Shown: positions 59,152-64,000 of the stretch, piece by piece
Layout of the letters: each line of letters starts with the position of its first letter
Position numbering within the stretch: the stretch's first letter is position 1
Assembly: GCA_963772375.1 (NCBI GenBank)
Contig: CAVYXG010000001.1
Coordinates: 787,809 to 851,808 of the forward strand
Source: an uncultured Actinomycetes bacterium
Lineage (GTDB): Bacteria; Actinomycetota; UBA4738; JACQTL01
Reading direction: 5' to 3'
Length of the DNA stretch: 64,000 nt
The notes under the pieces: generated by a model
The model's database searches: none
What the model saw: only the letters and a program-made list of their open reading frames with translations
What the model was told of the DNA's origin: nothing
Program-made: the position numbers and the translations under genes

Positions 59152-60265
59152 CTTGAGAGAACGTTTGAGGTCCCTCGACCAATTGGAGCCCCCCGATCTG
59201 AGGAGACGACTCGGGATCCATTCCATGCCACCTCCGCGCGAGCGGAGATCGGCGCGACTGCTCGTCGCCGCCGCCGTGCTGATCGTCGCCGCGGCTGCCA
59301 TCGCCGCGGCGTTCGTCGCCTTCCAGGGGACGGCCCGTCCGGCGGCCCCGTCTGTCGCGCCGACGCTCCGGCCGAACGGCCCAATCTGGTTCCTGGGAGG
59401 GGATCAGCCTGGGTCGATCTTCGGTCCCTCCTCTGTGAGCTCGATCGACGAGGACGGCTCCGGGCTCTCGACCCTCGACATCTCCCACCGCCTGCATTCG
59501 ATCACCGGGTTGGCTGTGTCGCCGAACGGGCAACTCATCGCCGTGTCGAACGGGGGCGGGGAGTTTCCGCCCAGGAACATCTTCGTCATGCATTCCGACG
59601 GCTCAGGACTCCGACAGATCACATCGGGAGAGTTCCAAGAGGTCGACCCCGCCTGGGCCCCCGACGGATCGCGCATCGTCTTCTCGAGCACTCGCTGCTG
59701 CGCTTCGGATCGATCCCAAAGCAACTACGACCTGTACACCATCCGCCCGGACGGTTCCGACCTCAGCCATCTGGTCAGCGACAGTGCAAGCGACCTGTCC
59801 CCCGCATGGTCCCCAGACGGGAGTCGCATCGCCTACATCCGTTACGAGGAGGGAGATGGCGGGTGGCAGATTTGGACTGTAAGCGCGGACGGGACCGATG
59901 CGCGTCTCCTGGTCGAGAACGACCGCTTCAACTCTGTCGTGGCATGGTCCCCAAGTGGCGACGAGCTCGCCTACGTTACCGAACTCGGCGACCGCGACTA
60001 TCAGATCCGAGTCGTCCGCGACGACGGGACCCATGAGCGAACCCTGTTCGAGTGCACCGAACCCTGCATCGCCACCGGCTACACGCTCGCTTGGTCGCCC
60101 GATGGAACAGAGATCGCGTTCACCCAGTTCTTCAACTCACCAGGTCACGCCAAGCAGAAGATCTCGCTGATACCGAGTTCCGGAGGCGGGGTGCGCATCG
60201 TGGAAACGACCGGAACAAGCGCGTGCTGCCTCTCCTGGGTTCCGAAGCACCCAGCCGTCAGCTGA
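59144..60265 (+). CDS. putative membrane anti-sigma factor with periplasmic TolB-like (PD40) beta-propeller
   Basis: The start overlaps the sigma stop (ATGGATGA). A short cytoplasmic N-terminus is followed by one TM helix LLVAAAVLIVAAAAIAAAFVAF. PD40 repeats follow: SPNGQLIAVSN, WAPDGSRIVFSS, WSPDGSRIAYIR, WSPSGDELAYV and WSPDGTEIAF. Confidence 0.65.
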   Translation: MDDLRERLRSLDQLEPPDLRRRLGIHSMPPPRERRSARLLVAAAVLIVAAAAIAAAFVAFQGTARPAAPSVAPTLRPNGPIWFLGGDQPGSIFGPSSVSSIDEDGSGLSTLDISHRLHSITGLAVSPNGQLIAVSNGGGEFPPRNIFVMHSDGSGLRQITSGEFQEVDPAWAPDGSRIVFSSTRCCASDRSQSNYDLYTIRPDGSDLSHLVSDSASDLSPAWSPDGSRIAYIRYEEGDGGWQIWTVSADGTDARLLVENDRFNSVVAWSPSGDELAYVTELGDRDYQIRVVRDDGTHERTLFECTEPCIATGYTLAWSPDGTEIAFTQFFNSPGHAKQKISLIPSSGGGVRIVETTGTSACCLSWVPKHPAVS

Positions 60266-60272
60266 GAGTCGA

Positions 60273-60719
60273 ATGGCGCGGGGTGTCGGAAGGCGCATCG
60301 TCTTCGTGATCGCCACTGCGCTCGTGGTCGTCATTGTCCTCCTCGCTGTCTCATGGTCCGAAGCCCGAACAGCGTTCCTGTGCATCGCCGCGGCGCTCCT
60401 GACCTTCTCGTGGTGGCTGCTTGGGCGCCTGCCCCGAGGCCGGGCGTCAGCCTGGGAATTGCGTGTCGACGCTGGCGTTTGCCTCGTCGTCGGCGGCGTC
60501 ATGGCGGTCGCGGTCCCGACGACTCGGATCTTCTGCGAGTGCCCGGCACCACGGGGCGTGCGCGCCGCCTTTGAATGCGGGTGCGCAGCTGTCGATCGGT
60601 ATGTCGGTCTGCGAGTCGGGATCGCCCTCACAGGATTGGTGCTGTCAATCGTCCTGGTGCTGTTGGCCCGCAGGCGGGACGCCCTCAGGGCCATGCGGCT
60701 CCACGGTGAAGGGGTTTAG
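60273..60719 (+). CDS. hypothetical membrane protein (Cys-rich loop CECPAPRG...ECGCAAV)
   Basis: 148 aa, 4 hydrophobic helices. Immediately downstream of the anti-sigma gene. Confidence 0.4.
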   Translation: MARGVGRRIVFVIATALVVVIVLLAVSWSEARTAFLCIAAALLTFSWWLLGRLPRGRASAWELRVDAGVCLVVGGVMAVAVPTTRIFCECPAPRGVRAAFECGCAAVDRYVGLRVGIALTGLVLSIVLVLLARRRDALRAMRLHGEGV

Positions 60720-61133
60720 TCGGTTCCGTGAACAGCATGGCGTGCAAGCGGGCGATCTCCTCTTGAACCGCGGGGTTTGAGTAAGGTCCGATTAAGGGCA
60801 CTCGCCTCTTGACGAATTCACCAGTAGATTGCCTGGTAGGCGGGCAGATCCGATGTCCGGTCGCTTGCCGGCTAGCCCCCACATCTTGGGGTTCGAATAG
60901 GCTACTCCGGTCCGAAGCCGTCCCCTTGTACCGCCCGGCGATCACCGAGGTGTCTCACCTCTGGGCTCGGTGACACGACGCGTTCATTAGGCGCGCCGCA
61001 AGGCGGCGACGTCGAATCGATCGCCGTCGGTGAGGCTCAGGCTGACGATGACGGCCACACCCTGCAGTGGCTGCCGCCTCGTAGCGATGCCCGTGAACCA
61101 GTTCGGTCGCATCGGCCAACTAGAGGTGGGAGG

Positions 61134-61700
61134 GTGAACCCTGTGCAGACGATGAGTGACAGCGAGATCATCCGACGGAGCCTGCACGACCCCGAACGCT
61201 TCGGGGAGATCTTCGATCGCCACTACGGTTCGATCTGTCGTTTCCTCCGCAGGCGGCTGGGCGCGGAGCTGGCCGAGGACCTCGCAGTGGAGACCTTCGC
61301 CACAGCGCTCGCCAAGGTACGGTCCTTCGACCTCGACCGAGCGGACGCTCGACCCTGGCTGTTTGGCATCGCGGCCAACCTCGCGCGAACCCATCAGCGT
61401 GCCGAGCGCAGGCAGCTCATCGCATACGCGCGTTCCGGTGTCGACCCCGTCGTTGAGGATGCGTTCGGCGACGTCCTGACCTGCGACGCAGAACGGGCCC
61501 TCGCCGCTGCATTGGCAGCACTCTCCACGATCGACCGCGAAGCGCTGCTGCTGTACGCATGGGCAGATCTGAGCTACCGGGAGATCGCCGAGGCCATGCG
61601 GATCCCCGTGGGCACGGTCCGTTCGCGATTGTCACGCGCCCGCAAGCAGATGAGGGAAGCCCTGGCCACGAACGGTCAATTGGCTTGGGACGAGGCCTGA
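61134..61700 (+). CDS. ECF RNA polymerase sigma factor (second copy)
   Basis: Region 2 (FGEIFDRHYGSICRFLRRRLG, PWLFGIAANLAR) and region 4 (LSYREIAEAMRIPVGTVRSRLSRARKQM). Confidence 0.85.
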   Translation: MNPVQTMSDSEIIRRSLHDPERFGEIFDRHYGSICRFLRRRLGAELAEDLAVETFATALAKVRSFDLDRADARPWLFGIAANLARTHQRAERRQLIAYARSGVDPVVEDAFGDVLTCDAERALAAALAALSTIDREALLLYAWADLSYREIAEAMRIPVGTVRSRLSRARKQMREALATNGQLAWDEA

Positions 61701-61709
61701 GGAGGAGTC

Positions 61710-62753
61710 ATGGACGAACTCGACATCATCAGACGCTTTCGGGCGGACGTCGCCGATCCGACCGATGATGAGGTGGCTGCGGCTCGCCGGCTACTCGCCC
61801 AGCGGATGGGCCCCACTAGCGTTCCCAGTCGGAGAGCCTCCTACCGTAGGATGTGGCGACTTGTCGCCGTGGTCGCGATCGTGGCGACGGCCGTTGCCGT
61901 GATCGTGCCCGTGCTGTTGCCTGGGGACGCTCCCGGTGGCGCCACGTCGGTTCAGGCCGCGGCTGCGCTCCACCGGTTTGCCCTGACGGCGAAGACCCAG
62001 CGCGCAGAGGCAGCTCCCACAATCGGGCAGTTCTACTACACGGAGGTACGAAGCTCCGGCACGATGCTCTACATCCCGGGCGGGCACTTCTCGCCCTTCG
62101 AGGTCACCTATCAGTCGTCCCAGCAGACCTGGCTCGGCCCAGACGGTTCGAGTCGCACCCGCACAAGCGCGAGCCGTGTCACGTTACCGTCACCGGCTGA
62201 TCGGGCGGCCTGGGAAGCGGCCGGATCACCTGAAGTCGCCGATCTGGCACCGCCGGTAGGAGATCAAACGTCGGCGCCAGGAGGGGACTTCCTCGATCTG
62301 TCCCAGCTTCCCACCGACCCGGGGAAGCTGAAGGCCGCTCTCGAAGAGCGGAAGATCGTGGGCGGACCGGACGGTGACTGGGAGACGTTAGCCATCATCG
62401 GACAGATGCTCCAGGAGACCTACGCGTCCCCCAGTTTGCGAGCGGCGCTATTCAATGTCGCGGCTGCCCTTCCCGGAATCGAGTACATCGGGAAGACGAC
62501 CGACGCGAGCGGTCGGCCGGGGGTGGCAGTCGCCTACACGCACGGAGGGATTCGCGACGAGCTCATCTTCGACCCACACACCGCTCAGTTGAACGCGACG
62601 AACAGCTGGCTCGTTGACCCTGGTGCCGTGGGGATCGATCCAGCCTCGGAGCCCGCAGGAACCGCCGTCGCCTATGCAGGCCGACCGGGCTTGGTCTACG
62701 CGAACGTGTACCTGAGCTCCGGTGTCGTTGACTCTGACGACGCAGATGCTTGA
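61710..62753 (+). CDS. putative anti-sigma factor (CU044_5270-like: cytoplasmic N-terminus, one TM, extracytoplasmic domain)
   Basis: Starts MDELDIIRRFRADVADPTDDEV 10 nt after the sigma stop. TM helix WRLVAVVAIVATAVAVIVPVLL. ~270-aa C-terminal domain. Confidence 0.6.
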   Translation: MDELDIIRRFRADVADPTDDEVAAARRLLAQRMGPTSVPSRRASYRRMWRLVAVVAIVATAVAVIVPVLLPGDAPGGATSVQAAAALHRFALTAKTQRAEAAPTIGQFYYTEVRSSGTMLYIPGGHFSPFEVTYQSSQQTWLGPDGSSRTRTSASRVTLPSPADRAAWEAAGSPEVADLAPPVGDQTSAPGGDFLDLSQLPTDPGKLKAALEERKIVGGPDGDWETLAIIGQMLQETYASPSLRAALFNVAAALPGIEYIGKTTDASGRPGVAVAYTHGGIRDELIFDPHTAQLNATNSWLVDPGAVGIDPASEPAGTAVAYAGRPGLVYANVYLSSGVVDSDDADA

Positions 62754-63131
62754 AGCCAGGTGCGAGAAGCGACGTGCTGAGTCCCAAGCTAGCGGCCTGC
62801 GCTATGGGCGGGCTGGAGGGGCCGGCTGACAGCTCGATGGGACAGGCGACGGTCATGTCATCGGACTGGCTCAGGCGGCATGGCTTTTCCTGGGCTCATC
62901 CCGAGAGGACCAGCCGGGTGATGAACACAAAGCGGACTTACCTCTCAGAAGCACCCGCGGAATCGGCCAGTGAGACGGGCGAGATGCGTGATTTGCTCCT
63001 GTACGTGTGGGTTCGAATAAGCTCCTGCCAGGGGCACTGACGGAGGCATGGCTCAGCCCGAGGTCAGACCCTCTTCGGCGGCGTATGCCTGGAGGCGGTC
63101 GCCCAACTCGATTGGGCGGCTCAACGCGGGG

Positions 63132-63350
63132 GTGTGTCCCGCCGTCGACCTCGTCGGGCGTGATGCCCAAGCGGTCCCGCGCGACGCGACGAAGGAACGC
63201 AACAGGGAACAGACGGTCGTTCCGACACAGCAGGACCCGTGTGGGGACTACGGGCCATGCTTGCATCGCTGACGGCTGGCCCATCCGAGCCTCGGACTGG
63301 GTCCGGCTCCGTCGCAGGGCCCAGGACACCAGCGCCGGATCAACGTCCTG
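63132..63350 (-). pseudogene. alpha/beta-hydrolase C-terminal fragment
   Basis: ...VVPTRVLLCRNDRLFPVAFLRRVARDRLGITPDEVDGGTH resembles the Asp-loop and terminal His of the alpha/beta-hydrolase fold. No N-terminal nucleophile region. Embedded in a long arginine-rich spurious ORF. Confidence 0.3.
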
Positions 63351-63561
63351 GTGAACAGGGCGATCGGGTCGTCGTATGCGGCGCGAACCTCCTCGGCGTA
63401 TCCCGTGTTCGTCGATTAGTCGTCGCACAGAAGACCCGGCGCCACTACGTCGCTTGCCCTCCCGACGCAGCTCTGCCTCCACGAGGTGCCAGTACCACCC
63501 GACGTCGCCCCTCCGTGGATCAGGACGATGTCGCCATCGCGGCCTCATTCCCTTCGCGGCG

Positions 63562-64000
63562 TCAGCTCGCCGCCACGTTGTGGTTCAGCCTGAACAGGTT
63601 GGTCGGGTCGTATCGGCGCTTGATCTCGGCGAGTCGGTCGTACGCTCCGTGCGGATAGGCGTCGCGGATGTGCGCCTGCCCATCGTCCCCGAGGAATCCG
63701 ATGTAGGCACCCGTCGCACCACGCTGGAGCTCGGCCGCAAGCGAGTTCACCCACTGCTCGTGCGCTGGCAGCTGGTCGGGCGACGTGACCATCGACGCGA
63801 TGTTGACCATGAACCGCCGGTCGCGGTGCGCGAAGGCAGTCGCGTCCTTCGGCACGCGGGCCATCGCGCCGCCGAGCGCACGGATCTGCGTCGCACGCAT
63901 CATGGCGGTCGACGGCTCCTGCAGCCGCCCCAGCAACGACGCGACCGACGCCGCGTCCACGTCGTCGACGAACATCGTCCGCCCGAGCGCGATCGGATGG
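63562..64000 (-). CDS. FAD-linked oxidase (berberine-bridge-enzyme-like C-terminal domain), 5'-truncated by window edge
   Basis: C-terminal BBE motif AYPHGAYDRLAEIKRRYDPTNLFRLNHNV. The gene continues beyond 64000. Confidence 0.7.
   Translation of the reverse strand, partial: HPIALGRTMFVDDVDAASVASLLGRLQEPSTAMMRATQIRALGGAMARVPKDATAFAHRDRRFMVNIASMVTSPDQLPAHEQWVNSLAAELQRGATGAYIGFLGDDGQAHIRDAYPHGAYDRLAEIKRRYDPTNLFRLNHNVAAS

Noticed and set aside
60880-60905. GGGGTTCGAATAGG resembling a tRNA T-loop
   Set aside because: No flanking acceptor, D or anticodon stems could be folded, so this is not a tRNA gene. Retained only as a possible att-like repeat in the sigma-factor finding.
60685-61394. Minus-strand ORFs 60685-60945 and 60987-61394 in the lower-GC spacer and antisense to the second sigma gene
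   Set aside because: No recognisable domains, they overlap better-supported genes, and the region looks non-coding. Noted only as a possible remnant.

Overview
This 64 kb window is a high-GC (roughly 70%) chromosomal segment that looks actinobacterial (mycobacterial or Acidimicrobiia-like gene order, GTG starts, 4-nt start/stop overlaps). The evidence is my own reading of the six-frame ORF track plus motif recognition; no searches were run.

The conserved core blocks are:
- obg, rpmA, rplU and rne on the minus strand.
- An unusual REC-to-HisKA/HATPase hybrid kinase.
- The cell-shape operon mreB-mreC-mreD-mrdA(PBP2)-rodA, with a Ser/Thr kinase upstream.
- A FASII cluster fabD, small lipoyl-like ORF, fabH, fabG, acpP, fabF.
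- valS-folC-ndk and tig-clpP-clpX.
- Three tRNAs: Pro(TGG), Gly(TCC) and Arg(TCT).

Accessory or unusual segments:
- A calcium-binding RTX-repeat cluster (20.5-27 kb): a TolB-like propeller with RTX repeats, an alkaline-phosphatase-superfamily lipoprotein, a SAM methyltransferase with a long C-terminal extension, and an RTX lipoprotein with an internally duplicated module.
- A membrane-signalling cluster (31.5-39.5 kb): a beta-helix membrane protein, an ABC1/UbiB kinase, an orphan glycine-betaine-type binding protein translationally coupled to a PAP2-like transmembrane domain fused to a Ser/Thr-kinase-like domain, a second PAP2 gene, and a Hint/BIL-domain lipoprotein.
- A decayed island next to tRNA-Gly (51.2-56.1 kb): a C-terminal fragment of a tyrosine integrase and a metalloprotease broken by two homopolymer frameshifts.
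- Two ECF sigma/anti-sigma pairs around tRNA-Arg with lower-GC intergenic DNA (58.4-63.5 kb).

I consider the orphan binding protein + PAP2-like/kinase fusion module and the RTX cluster the best candidates for an undescribed system. No CRISPR array, rRNA or intact mobile element was seen.
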